NCBI GenBank assembly: GCA_963841735.1
Contig: CAWJDT010000001.1
Location: 1,472,001-1,536,000, forward strand
Source of the DNA: an uncultured Actinomycetes bacterium
GTDB taxonomy: Bacteria > Actinomycetota > Thermoleophilia > RBG-16-64-13
Reading direction: 5' to 3'
DNA: 64,000 nucleotides
Part shown: positions 10,655 through 21,087 of the stretch, in pieces
Layout of the letters: every line of letters starts with the position of its first letter
Position numbering within the stretch: the stretch's first letter is position 1
Translations under genes and position numbers: made by a program
The notes under the pieces: generated by a model
The model's database searches: none
Seen by the model: only the letters and a program-made list of their open reading frames with translations
Told to the model about the DNA's origin: nothing

Positions 10655-12038
10655 CTAGGCGGTCGGGTCGGTGACTCGGCCCAGGAACAAGAGCGCTCCG
10701 GTCGCGGGGTCGCGCAGAGCGAAAATGAACGGGCGGTCGATCTTGAGCGGCACCACTTCCACCGGGGCGGAGGTCAACCTCATGACGACGGCTGTGGCGG
10801 CGGCAGCCTCAGTGCCCTCTTCATCCACCGCGATGTAGGCTTCGTGGATGACGTCGCTGATATACAGCCTCTCCTGGGCGGTCATGCCCGAGAAATCGGC
10901 CGTGAGGGGGTCGAAGGCGCTGGTCATTCCCAGTGCTTTGAGGATGTCATTCAGGCCGGCCTGCGTGCGGAACTCGAACTTGGGCATGGTCAGATTGACT
11001 TGAGTGCCCTCGCTTAGCCCGTCTATGGCTTCGTCGATGAGTCCGGTGGCCAGGTTGCTCTCTACCTCGGCAAAGCGCCCGCTCATCGGGGACGATCAGC
11101 AGCATGGATAGTTCATCGCGTAGATAGGGGAGTTCGATCGCCTGCCAGCCGTTTCCGGTGGCATACGGAAACGAGGACTCCTGGTTCATCATGGGGGCGG
11201 TGACCTTCTGGCCGGCCAGAGTGGTGAACTGCCTGTCGGTCGTCAATCGGGGATCGAACTGGTTGGCCCAGGTGGCGTCCAGGTAGACGGCGTTTACCAG
11301 CACCAGCCGGGTGAGGGAGTCGAGCGTGCCCTCGGGGATGAGTTCCGGGATCTTGTCGTTGGTCTCACCGGCCACCCACTGGTTGATGGCTTTGCGGGCG
11401 GCCTCGGCGGCGGTCTTGTAGTCCACCAGGCGGACGCCGGCGCCGTAGTTGGCGGCCAGAGTGTCGAGGAAGAGCTGCTCGAAGACCAGGTCTTTCTGGG
11501 CCCAGAGGCTGTTGGCGGTCTTGACGAGCACGCCCTCATCGGCGCCCTCTGCGTTCTTGCCCTGCCAGCTCCTTGATTCGAGGGCGACGTCGAGGGAGTT
11601 GAAGGCTTGGTGCAGCGCGTCGCCGGCAAGGGTGAAGTGGAGTGTGGCCGCCATCTCGTCGGCGGTGGTCCCGGCAGCTCCCGCGTAGGTCATGGCTAGG
11701 GCCGTGACGACGCTGGCGGGTGAGAAGACGAGGTTTGCCGTTCGCCGACCTGGCCCGCGAGTACGCCGTACATGTCGGCGCCGAAGTTCTGGAGGCTTTG
11801 CGCCGCGGCTTCCACGTCGGTCTGCGAGGCCGAAGCCGCGAGACGAGATAGCGTCGGACATGGCCAGGAAGGTGCCGTCGGGCGCGGCCCCTACTGTGGA
11901 CGCGGTGGTGTCGGCGCCGCCCCCGCTCCCGCCGCCGCCAGGCTCACCGCCGCAGGAGACGGCGACCAAAGGAAGCGCCGCCAGCGACAGAGCGATGGCG
12001 AGCGTGATGGCGCGTGAGCGACGACTGGCGGTCTTCAT
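10655..12038 (-). CDS. Serpin family protease inhibitor, lipoprotein (frameshifted)
   Basis: NLVFSPASV, ANSLW, INQWV..TNDKIPEL, LVNAVY, MPKF, hinge/RCL DEEGTEAAAATAVVMRLTS, DRPFIF; lipobox AVSC. Confidence 0.9.
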
Positions 12039-12165
12039 GTTGCCCCCTATCGATGCCCCTATCCGTGACTCAGCTTGGACACCTTCGCAGACAGGACGGT
12101 TCCGGGCGCTAAGCTTCCTCTGGTGAAAGCCAGGCGGGCGCCTACGCGGCCGCACCCGCCGGGTC

Positions 12166-13214
12166 TCAGACGGCAGGTGCTGGAGTCGAACCGAGCTCCG
12201 CCGGTTCCGAGCCCATCCATGAACATTCCGAATGGACCTGGATTCTCCGTGATGGCCTTCTGTAGTTCGGTGAAAGGCAAGGGCGAGTCTGGAGCTTCGA
12301 TCGCAAGGGGCTGGTTGATGCTGTCGAGCCACATGCTTCCGCTGATATCGATGCCCAGAAGGCCGTCAGGGTCTTCTCCGGGCGGAGGGGAGACGTGGGC
12401 CGCGACCGCCATCTTCCGCACCTGAGAGTCATCGCAGCCCACCCAGAGGTCGATCGTGAGGCCCTGCAGCATGCTTTCTAACTGGGCCATGACCTCTTCG
12501 AATTCGGCCGGGGATGGCGCGAAGCCCGGGCTCATTTGGGAAGCCAGGGTCCCCGTGGGGTCGACGAGGCTAAGGAACTTCTTGTTCTGCATGAGTGCGA
12601 AAACGTCGACGAACATCTTCCTGAGGTCGGGAGAGCCGGCCATATGAACGGTTTTGACCCCGGCCAAGTCTTCCTCGCCGACTACGCTGAGGTCTTGGAA
12701 CCAGGTCACAGGATCGAACTCCAAATCAGTGAGCAGTTGCTCCATCTCCTTGGGGTCGACTGGAGCGGTCGAGCCTGCGAACATCTGCATGGCCTCGGAG
12801 GGCATCTCGTACCAACTGTCGGCGTAGCTCAGCCAGAAGCCGCTCTCTCGGAATCTCATGCCCATTTCCATGGGCAGTCCCTGCCAGGTCGAGCGAAACG
12901 GTGTACTCAGCAGCCATGGGGTCATCCGTATAGGCGAAGGTGCCGGAGACTGCCATCCCGTCAAGCAGCAGTTGCGCGATCTGCATGCCTTCCGCCGGGA
13001 TCTGGGACTCGTCGGCGTCGAACGTCAGCCCCAAGTCGAAGCCGCCGCTGGCAGCGGTCATGTTGTATGAGGCAGATAAGGCTGCTGCGAGGATGTCTTC
13101 GGGGGAGTCGCTGACTCTCGTGGCACGGCTGGAGGTGGTGCCGCAGGCGGCCGCGCTCAGGATAAGCGCAAAGGCAACAAGGACGGTGATGATGAGGGAA
13201 AGCCTGCTGCGCAT
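12166..13214 (-). CDS. Lipoprotein, possibly LppX/LprAFG-like lipid-carrier fold (frameshifted; stop uncertain, 12059-12166)
   Basis: MRSRLSL...AAAC lipobox; GEEDLAGVKTVH, DLWVG.DDSQVRK, INQPLAIEAP; paralogous to the next gene. Confidence 0.55.
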
Positions 13215-13312
13215 CGAGTCTCCTTTAGTGTCGGGCGACTTGGGGAAACGCATTCTCACACACGTATCCGCTGGCACGTGTGTTGATTATAGTGGTTGGC
13301 CCAGAAAGGCAA

Positions 13313-13345
13313 CGAGGCGCGGCGCCCGATCGGCGCCGCGCCTCG
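13313..13345 (-). terminator. Intrinsic terminator-like hairpin
   Basis: Perfect 14-bp stem CGAGGCGCGGCGCC / GGCGCCGCGCCTCG followed by TTGCCTTTCT on the minus strand, just after the 13378 stop. Confidence 0.7.
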
Positions 13346-13377
13346 CGCGTTGTGCTTGGTGGTCGGGTATTAGAAGC

Positions 13378-14741
13378 CTAGAAGCCGCCACCTAGGATCA
13401 TCCCGAGGAGCCCTGAGTCTGACGACAGCGCATCCTGCAGGTCGGCGTATGACAGGGGCGATTCGGGCGCTGTAATGGTGGGCGGCTGGCCGCTCGCCAG
13501 GGTGACCGACGCAGTGAGTGTGACGCTCTTGAACATCGAGGAGACGTCGCTCAGCGAGCTGCCCAAGTCACCGGACGCATCCGCGGCCGAGGGCACGATC
13601 TTCATAGTGATCGCGAGCTTGCGGAGCGAATTGTCCTCCTTTGACAGCCACAGGTCCACAGTGGCGTTCTGTAGCATGGCGTCCAGCTGGGTCTGTAGGT
13701 CTGGCGAGCTCCTCGGCGGTGGGTGCGGTGATGTCCAGGCCCGAACTGTCTCCCAGCGGACCCGGCAGCGTTCAGCAGGTTCTGGCCCTCCGGGCTCTGC
13801 ATGAGCACGGTGACGTCGGTGATCATCTTGACCAGGTCGGGGGTGCCGCTGAGATGGACCGAATTCACACCGTCGATCTTCTCACTGCCGACCTCCTTGA
13901 GGTCCTTGAGCCACGCAGAGGGATCAACTGCGAGATTGGTGAGAACATCCTTGATGGCGCCTACGTCCGGCACAGTGCCTGAGTCGGTCAAGCTCTGCAT
14001 CGTGTCGGGGTCGGTCTCATACCACTGGCCGCTGAAGAGAATATAGGGCTTGCCATCCAGAAGCCGGACACCTGCGTCGATACCCTGCCCGAACAGCGAG
14101 GCCGCGACAGTCAGGTCGACCGCAGTTGGTGACTGACTGGTCGCGAAAGTGCCCGAAGCAGTGATGGGGCCTGCAAAGAGCCCAGCCATCTGCTGGTCTT
14201 CGGCCGACATTGCACTTGTGTCGGTTTCGAGTGTGACGGCGATATCGTACGAGCCCGACGCGTTGGCGGCGTTCTCAGAGTTGGCCCAGGAAGCCGCGAG
14301 CCTCTCCTGTGCGTTGGCGTACGAACCGCCACCGCCATCGCCACCGCCGGACACCTGGTCCCAGAACACCACAAAGATCAAGATCGCTGCGATCGCGAGA
14401 ACTAGCACCGAGGCAGCTATGCCTATCCACAGGCCCTTACTACTCTTCTTGGGCGTCTGCCAGGCCGCATTCGGATAGCCACCGCCCGGGGCGTAGACCG
14501 GCTGCTGGTATCCCTGCGGGGGGTAGGTGGGCGGAGTAAACGCCTGGGGTGTAGCCGGTACCGGAGGCGGGGTCGCCGCCGGAGGTGTAGTCGGTACCGG
14601 GGGCGGGGTCGCCGCCGGAGGCTGGGTGCCCTCCGGGGGAGTGGCCGCTGCGGGAGCCGCCTGCTCCGCTACGGTGCCGCAGACACCGCAGAACTTCTGG
14701 GCATCACTTAGAGGGCTGCCGCACTTGCTGCACTGGGCCAT
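13378..14741 (-). CDS. Zinc-ribbon / Pro-rich / TM protein with LppX-like extracellular domain (frameshifted near 13700-13760)
   Basis: MAQCSKCG...FCGVCG, Pro-rich linker, TM KGLWIGIAASVLVLA, then GSEKIDGVNSVH and DLWLSKEDNSLRK; RBS AAGGAGG. Confidence 0.7.
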
Positions 14742-14848
14742 AAGAACCTCCTTACAAGCTTTGGGCGCCCTCCCTGTCGAGGCGCACAGACTCATAGAGT
14801 ATAGCTCCGGAGGTGCCTGTTCGACCAACCTTTGGGAGCGGGGCCGTG

Positions 14849-16075
14849 CTATTCTCGGGCCATTGCGGTCTCGATAGCCTCCACTGTCTTGGGGATGGCC
14901 GCCGTGAGCACCTCGGCCCCTTGGGGAGTGATGAGGATGTCGTCCTCGACGCGCACCCCCACACCCTGCTCGGGCAAATAGACGCCCGGCTCCACCGTGA
15001 GCACCATCCCTGTCGCAAGAGGGCCGTCCGGCGTGACGTCATGGACCTCCGCGCCGATGTGGTGACCGATGCCGTGGATAAAGTAGTCTCCATATCCTGC
15101 CCGGGTGATGACCTGATGCGCAGCGTTCTGCAGGTCGGTGAACGTAGCCCCAGGACGGGCGACGGCGATGGCGGCCAGGTTGGCCTCGAGGACCACCTGG
15201 TAGAGGCCTCTTTGCTCGGTGGTGAACTTGCCCCCGGCTGGAAGAGTGCGGGTGACATCGGAGACGTATCCGCCATAGGCGGCGGCATAGTCGATGACGA
15301 TCAACTCACCGTTTTCGACCACCTTGTCGTTGTCGACATAGTGCAATATGGTCCCGTTGACGCCGGAGCCGACTATGGGCTCGAAGGCGGCCTCTCCACC
15401 GTGAGCGCGGAACTCCGCTGTCATGGTCTCGGCGATTTCTCCCTCGGACACGCCTGGGCTTATAAGGCGTAGCGCGGTGTCGAAAGCCGCCTGCGAGATG
15501 GACACAGCCTGCTTGATGAGGTCAAGCTCGGCGGGGGATTTCACCGCGCGCATGCCCGGTAGTAGCTGGGTGCAGTCTTCGAGGGAGATGCCCGGTATCC
15601 GTTCGCAGACCTTCTTGAAGACGGCCAAGTCGGGGGAGACATCGGCCGGGTAGGCTGCGAAGGTGTGGAGGCAGGCCAGACGCTTGGTGCGCCGCGCGGC
15701 CTCGGTTAGGCGCGCCGGCAGGCGGGTCGAGCGGGTAATGCTGGTGAAGCCGGTCTTGGTCTTGAGGGCGGAGTCCAGGGCGGCTCGATCGCCGAACCAG
15801 CGCTCGCTCTCCGGATCGCGGGGCCGGAGGAAGAGGGTGATAGTGCTCTCGGGGTCCTCGGCGCTGGGGTCGAACAGCACGGCCGCGCCGCTTTCGCGCT
15901 CGATGCCGGTGAGGTGCCAGAAGGACCGGTCGGTCTTCCAGCGACCATGTAGTGAACCTGTGCCCACCTCGGTGCCGGCGAAGACTACCGCGGCCGCGCC
16001 CTCCAGAGCCCGCAGCACCGCGGCGCGTCGTTCGGCGTACTCAGCTACAGTGATGGCCGGGCCGGGGGTTTCCAT
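14849..16075 (-). CDS. pepP: Xaa-Pro aminopeptidase (M24B)
   Basis: RAVKSPAE, LHY, IDYAAAYGGYVSDVTRT, HGIGHHIGAEVHD, TVEPGVY, GVRVEDDI. Confidence 0.85.
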   Translation of the reverse strand: METPGPAITVAEYAERRAAVLRALEGAAAVVFAGTEVGTGSLHGRWKTDRSFWHLTGIERESGAAVLFDPSAEDPESTITLFLRPRDPESERWFGDRAALDSALKTKTGFTSITRSTRLPARLTEAARRTKRLACLHTFAAYPADVSPDLAVFKKVCERIPGISLEDCTQLLPGMRAVKSPAELDLIKQAVSISQAAFDTALRLISPGVSEGEIAETMTAEFRAHGGEAAFEPIVGSGVNGTILHYVDNDKVVENGELIVIDYAAAYGGYVSDVTRTLPAGGKFTTEQRGLYQVVLEANLAAIAVARPGATFTDLQNAAHQVITRAGYGDYFIHGIGHHIGAEVHDVTPDGPLATGMVLTVEPGVYLPEQGVGVRVEDDILITPQGAEVLTAAIPKTVEAIETAMARE

Positions 16076-16169
16076 TGCCCGATGTTAGCACTCCACTGGA
16101 TTATCATGGTCTTTGCAGGCCGTGCCAGCCAGCCAGCCAGCCAGACAGCCAGACAGACAGGGGACCCAC

Positions 16170-17330
16170 GTGCGCCAGCTTGATAGATCTATTGGGATGT
16201 TCTTTCTGAGGAGTCTGCGGGTGAGCCTCGCCAGACCGAGTCAGGCCCTGCAGTTCGCGCGCGTCCTGTGTTGGCAGGCTGGGGCCGCCAAGGTCAGGGC
16301 CGCTTGGCTTAGGCGCGGGGTGACCGTGCCGCCCATCATCATCTTCAGCATCACCCGGCAGTGCAATCTGAACTGCACCGGGTGTTACGCCTTCGCGCTG
16401 CCTCGGGCGGGTGAAGACGCCCCTTCCGGCCCGGCGGGGCATGAGGAACTGAGTGCCGCTAAGCTCGAGAGCATAGTGGCCGAGGCCGTCGAGCTAGGTG
16501 TCTCCTTCTTCGTGATCGCCGGGGGCGAACCCCTCATGCGCTCTGAGATGCTCGACATCGCTGGGCGCTTTCCGCGCGTCACGTTCCTTGTGTTCACAAA
16601 CGGCTTGCTTCTCGACGAGGTCATGGCGGCCAGACTAGCCCGGCTGAGGAACGTGGTCTGCCTCATCAGTCTCGAAGGAAACGCCGCGGAGACCGACGGC
16701 AGGCGGGGAGCGGGTACCCACGAACGGCTGATGCGAGCGATGTCGCTGCTTCAGGGCCGGCATCTCTTTTTTGGCTGCTCTGTGACTCTCACCCGCTCCA
16801 ATCTCGACACTGTGCTCGGTGACGACTTCATCCGGGGCCTGACCAAGGTCGGATGCCATCTATTCCTTCTTCCCGAGTACACCCCGGTGGACGAGACTAC
16901 CGACGACTGGGCGCTCTCCGAACCACAGCGCGAGCAGGTGGTCTCCCGCCTGCGCGGACTCCGCCGGCGTCACCGCGCGGCGGTGGTCGTGGCCGTGCCC
17001 TGGGACGAAGAGCTGGTGGGGGGGTGCCTGGCGGCGGGCCGGGGCTTCGTGCACGTCAACGCCCGTGGCGACGTAGAGCCATGCCCGTTTGCGCCCTACT
17101 CGGATGTAAATCTAAAGGGGTCGGCTCTGGTCGAAGCGCTGCGCTCGCCGTTTTTGGCCGGCCTTCGGGCCATGCCGGAAGCTTCTTCGGAGGCCGGCGG
17201 AGGATGCGCGCTTTGGAAGAACCGGGCGCAGGTGGAGGAGGTTCTCGGCGGTATACTTGATGGCGGCGGTGCGTACCTGCGCACAGAGTTGAAAGTGCCA
17301 ACAAGCCCGGAAGGAGAACCGAATGGCTAG
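16170..17330 (+). CDS. Radical SAM protein with SPASM/Twitch-like C-terminus
   Basis: CNLNCTGC, GGEP, FTNG, GCLAAGRGFVHVNARGDVEPCPF; start uncertain. Confidence 0.85.
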   Translation: MRQLDRSIGMFFLRSLRVSLARPSQALQFARVLCWQAGAAKVRAAWLRRGVTVPPIIIFSITRQCNLNCTGCYAFALPRAGEDAPSGPAGHEELSAAKLESIVAEAVELGVSFFVIAGGEPLMRSEMLDIAGRFPRVTFLVFTNGLLLDEVMAARLARLRNVVCLISLEGNAAETDGRRGAGTHERLMRAMSLLQGRHLFFGCSVTLTRSNLDTVLGDDFIRGLTKVGCHLFLLPEYTPVDETTDDWALSEPQREQVVSRLRGLRRRHRAAVVVAVPWDEELVGGCLAAGRGFVHVNARGDVEPCPFAPYSDVNLKGSALVEALRSPFLAGLRAMPEASSEAGGGCALWKNRAQVEEVLGGILDGGGAYLRTELKVPTSPEGEPNG

Positions 17331-18045
17331 CTGTACTAGTTGCGGTAGCCCTATCGCTGAAGGCCAAGCTTTCTGCGGTGCATGTGGACGGCCGGTGGGC
17401 GCCGGAGCAGTTGCGCCCGCGGCTCCTCCCGCACCCCCGTTGCCGCCGGCGGCCATGGCCGCTCCAGCGGTCCCGCCTCAGCCGCAATATCAGGCGCCGC
17501 CGGTACCCTATGGCCAGCCTGTCTACGGTCCTGGGCCGGGCTACCCACCTGGACCCTGGCAGCAGCCGCGCAAGAGCAATAAGGGCCTGTGGATAGGCAT
17601 AGCGGCCTCGGTGCTGGTTCTCGCGGTCGCGGCGGTCTTGGTCTTTGTGGTGTTCTGGGGCCAGATCTCCGGCGGCGGCGGACCGGAGCAGGTCGCGCAG
17701 AAGCTTCTTAGTGCCATGGAGGACAAGGACATCGACGCGTTCTTCGACGTCCTATCTCCGGGCGCCATCGAAGAGCTCACTGGCGGTTTCATCGGCGCGG
17801 ACTTAGCCAAGGAGATGTTCAAGGAGGAGCTCTTTACGTACGAATCGATGAAGTTCGAGGACGTGAAGATGGTGTCTGAGATCTCGGGCGATGAGGCCAC
17901 GGTCTCGGTTACCGGGGGCACTGTGACCATCACCGAAGACGGGGAGACCACCACCGAAGACGTGAGGTACTCGGATACTCCTGTGGAGTTCTATCTCATT
18001 CGACAGGACGGCAAGTGGTACCTAGATCCATCCACGTTCAACTAG
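17323..18045 (+). CDS. Zinc-ribbon / Pro-rich / TM protein with small extracellular domain (NTF2/DUF4878-like)
   Basis: CTSCG...FCGACG, TM segment, GPEQVAQKLL...YLIRQDGKWYL; RBS AAGGAG. Confidence 0.7.
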   Translation: MASCTSCGSPIAEGQAFCGACGRPVGAGAVAPAAPPAPPLPPAAMAAPAVPPQPQYQAPPVPYGQPVYGPGPGYPPGPWQQPRKSNKGLWIGIAASVLVLAVAAVLVFVVFWGQISGGGGPEQVAQKLLSAMEDKDIDAFFDVLSPGAIEELTGGFIGADLAKEMFKEELFTYESMKFEDVKMVSEISGDEATVSVTGGTVTITEDGETTTEDVRYSDTPVEFYLIRQDGKWYLDPSTFN

Positions 18046-18088
18046 ACGAGCTCGAGTAGACGGCATCTCTATACTCTGGAGCTGTCTG

Positions 18089-18118
18089 GGTCGGGCGGCT
18101 TGAAATGGCCGCCCGACC
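18089..18118. terminator. GC-rich hairpin after the 18045 stop
   Basis: 11-bp stem GGTCGGGCGGC / GCCGCCCGACC; no strong U-tract. Confidence 0.5.
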
Positions 18119-18123
18119 TACTC

Positions 18124-18151
18124 TTGACAAACCGGCCTTCATATTTATAAT
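18124..18151 (+). promoter_or_regulatory. Consensus sigma-70/SigA promoter of the RRM gene
   Basis: TTGACA (18124-18129), 16-nt spacer, TATAAT (18146-18151). Confidence 0.8.
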
Positions 18152-18275
18152 GCGCGCCAACATACGATAGGAATTTTCTTCAGGCGCAGCGCCGAGCTCC
18201 CCGATCTCCCCGCTCAGTCTCCAGTCTCTCCCTTTCGTTTGTGGGTTAGGTAACCTTTTGTTCTTGGAGGCTGCA

Positions 18276-18644
18276 GTGAGTTCTTCAAAACTGTACGTGG
18301 GCAACCTCAGCTACAGCACCACCGAAGCGAGCATCCGGGCTCTCTTTGAGGCCCAGGGCTCTGTGGTGTCAGTGAATCTCATCACCGACCGCGACTCGGG
18401 CCGTGCCAAAGGCTTTGGGTTCGTGGAGATGGGGTCGCCCGAGGAAGCTCAGAAGGCGAAGGATGCCCTCGACGGCACTGACCTCGACGGCCGCTCACTC
18501 AAGGTTGACACTGCCAAAGAGCAGGCGCCGCGTGCGCCGCGTTCCGGCGGCTACGGCGGTGGCGGCGGCTACGGCGGTGGCGGCGGCGGCTACGGTGGTG
18601 GTGGCGGTCGCGGCGGCTACAGCGGCGGCGGCAATCGCTGGTAG
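18276..18644 (+). CDS. RRM RNA-binding protein with glycine-rich tail
   Basis: RNP2 KLYVGNL, RNP1 KGFGFVEM, GGYGGGGG repeats; GTG after GGAGG. Confidence 0.92.
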   Translation: MSSSKLYVGNLSYSTTEASIRALFEAQGSVVSVNLITDRDSGRAKGFGFVEMGSPEEAQKAKDALDGTDLDGRSLKVDTAKEQAPRAPRSGGYGGGGGYGGGGGGYGGGGGRGGYSGGGNRW

Positions 18645-18670
18645 TACTCGTCTGACCTCGACGAAACGAG

Positions 18671-18703
18671 AGACGCCGGCCGCGGGGGGCCGGCGTCTTT
18701 TTT
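18671..18703 (+). terminator. Rho-independent terminator
   Basis: AGACGCCGGCC / GGCCGGCGTCT stem followed by a T-run. Confidence 0.85.
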
Positions 18704-18848
18704 GTTGCCGTATGCCTTCGGGAGAACGGGCCGGGGGGCCGTTAGGGCGGCGAGTCTTCTCGCTACAGCGCTTGGCCCTTAGAATGGGTGAGACGGCAAG
18801 GCGAAGTGGTGAAAGCCCAGGAGGCAGTTTTGACCCTACAGAGCACGA

Positions 18849-21064
18849 ATGGATAGCGATTTGGACAGCAGTGCTCTCGTGGCTCCAGTGCCCGAACTCC
18901 CCCGCGAGGACTATCCGGTGGAGTGGTGGTTCTTCCAGGGCGGGTTCACCAGGCCGGGTGGAGCCCAATACGAGTACATGGTCTCGTTCTTCCGCATCAC
19001 GGTATCGCGGGCGCATGAGCCGCAGCAAAACGGTCACAGCCTTCTAGTCACGCTGCTTGAGGTCGCGACCGGCAAGAACTACACGCTCAGCCGGGTGGAC
19101 GATCTCGTTGTGAGCGGCATGGTCAGACGCGTCGAGCTTCTGGACGACATCGGAGATCGACAGAGAACTGCAGCAAGTGCTCTACAGAGAGATCGAGAGG
19201 CACGGTCCTCCCCGGCCGATCAAGCTGGGCAAGGCTCCTGTGGAGATGCTCCAAGACCGGCTCAAGGTCTCTTGGGACGACTTTGCGCTTGAGCAGGTCG
19301 GCAGCACCTTCTTTGTCGACTTCGCCGTTCCCGACTGGGAGCTGCAGGTCTCTCTGTGTTTGGAGCCGGAATACCCGCGCATGCTCGTGCAAAGAGAAGA
19401 CGAGCCCGACTCTCTCACCGGGGGGCTTATGCTGGCCAGCTATCCGCGCATGGCCGTTAGCGGCCGAGTGAACGGGGAGGAGCTGGGAGGTACAGGCTGG
19501 TTTGACCACCAGTGGGGCGATTTCGGCTGGTTCGTCACCGGTCCTTTGACAAAGGACTACGTGGGTTGGGACTGGTTCGGCATCAACCTCGACGATGGCA
19601 CCGACATCATCATCTCAGCAGTCAAGCAGATGCGGGCGGATCGGGAGCTCAGGTCCCGGGCCTTCGTGCGTTCGCCCAGCGGGGACACGGCGGAGTATGA
19701 GGAACTACAGATCACCCCGCTTAGGTACTGGGAGAGCCCTCGCAGCCACACCCGCTACCCCATCGAGTGGCGTATCCAGATACCCGCGCTCGACTTGGAC
19801 GCCGTCTACAGGCCGCTCATAGACGACCAGGAGATAGCTCTGCTGGGGGTCGCGCGGGCGGTCTGGGAGGGGGCCGGAAGGCTTGCGGGCACCATGGGCG
19901 GCCGGGACATTTCGGGCCGCGCGAGAGGCGAGTTCTACGGATACGGGTACATCTTCGACTTCCAGGACTTCATCCAGCGGCTGGTGGACAAGGTGGACAA
20001 GCACCTGGATGAGTTTCTTCCCCGGCGATTCGACGAAGCCGACGTGGCCAAGTTCGTCGGTGAGCCCCATTGGCGGCACGAACCCGAGGCCTATACCGAA
20101 CTGCTGGCCACTCCCGTCTGGGACCTTATCTCGCGCAAGGGCAAGAGGTGGAGGCCGGTCTTCGGTATCCTCATGGGCGAGGCGCTTGGGGCCGCGACGG
20201 AGCACTACGAGAAGTCCACCTGTCTGGCGGAGTTTGTCCACTCGGGCGCTCTGATCATCGACGACATCCAGGATGATTCGCTGCTCCGCCGTGGGGAGCC
20301 GTGCATCCATCTCAAGTACGGGGTCGATGTGGCCATCAGCGCCGGCAACACCCTGTACTTTCTCCCCTCCATCGACCTGCTCCACCACCCGCACCTGGAC
20401 GATCTTCAGAAGCTGCGTGTCCACGAGATCATGATGGACACATACCTGCAGGCGCACTTCGGGCAGACCGTGGACATCTACTACTCGAAGTACCTGACCC
20501 GGGAGAACCTGGAATCGTGGCTTGAGGGGCCGCTAGAGGACAAGATCCTGCAGCTTTACGATTTCAAGACCGCCGCGATGCCTCGCGGGCTGGCGCAGAC
20601 CGCCGCGCTGGTGGCCAGGGCGGATGCTGAACGTGACCCAGGCGTGTGTCGACTTCTCCCGAGCGTTTGCCGTGTCCTTCCAGATCATCGACGACGTGCA
20701 CAACTTCAGCGACTCGCCCGAGTGGCGGAAGGTCCGCGGGGAGGACCTGGCCGGCGGCAAGTTGACCTACGCTATCGTCCGGGCGATCCGCCTGCTGGAG
20801 AATGCCGACGGGGGTGACGGCGCGAGACGGGATCGGTTGGTCGAGATCCTGTGCTCCCCCGAACTGCGCAAAGACCCGCGGGTGCTCCAAGAGGGCATCG
20901 CTTTGGTGAGGGAGTCAGGTGCGCTCGAAGAGTGTCGGGAGACGGCCAGGCAGATGAGCATGGAGGCCAACGAGCGCTTCGGCGACGCTATCCCCAGCTG
21001 CGAGCCCAAGATCATGCTCAGCATGCTCTGCGTCAAGATGCTCGACCTGGCCTTCGACACTTAG
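18849..21064 (+). CDS. CrtC/AttH-like lipocalin (hydratase/cyclase fold) fused to trans-prenyl (GGPP-type) diphosphate synthase; two apparent frameshifts (about 19150 and 20625)
   Basis: VEWWFFQG, GWFDHQWG, GWDWFGINLDDG, WESP...YPIEW, WEG, then in the same frame GKRWRP and LIIDDIQDDSLLRRG; FQIIDDVHN and EDLAGGKLT follow in the next frame. Confidence 0.8.
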
Positions 21065-21087
21065 GCCCCGGATCCAGGAGGTCTCAC

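Noticed and set aside
16170-18045. Radical SAM + downstream gene as a RiPP cluster
   Set aside because: No short precursor peptide, RRE domain or peptide exporter adjacent; the downstream gene is a membrane protein.
18546-18630. GGC/GGCTAC repeats as a repeat element
   Set aside because: They simply encode the Gly/Tyr tail of the RRM protein.
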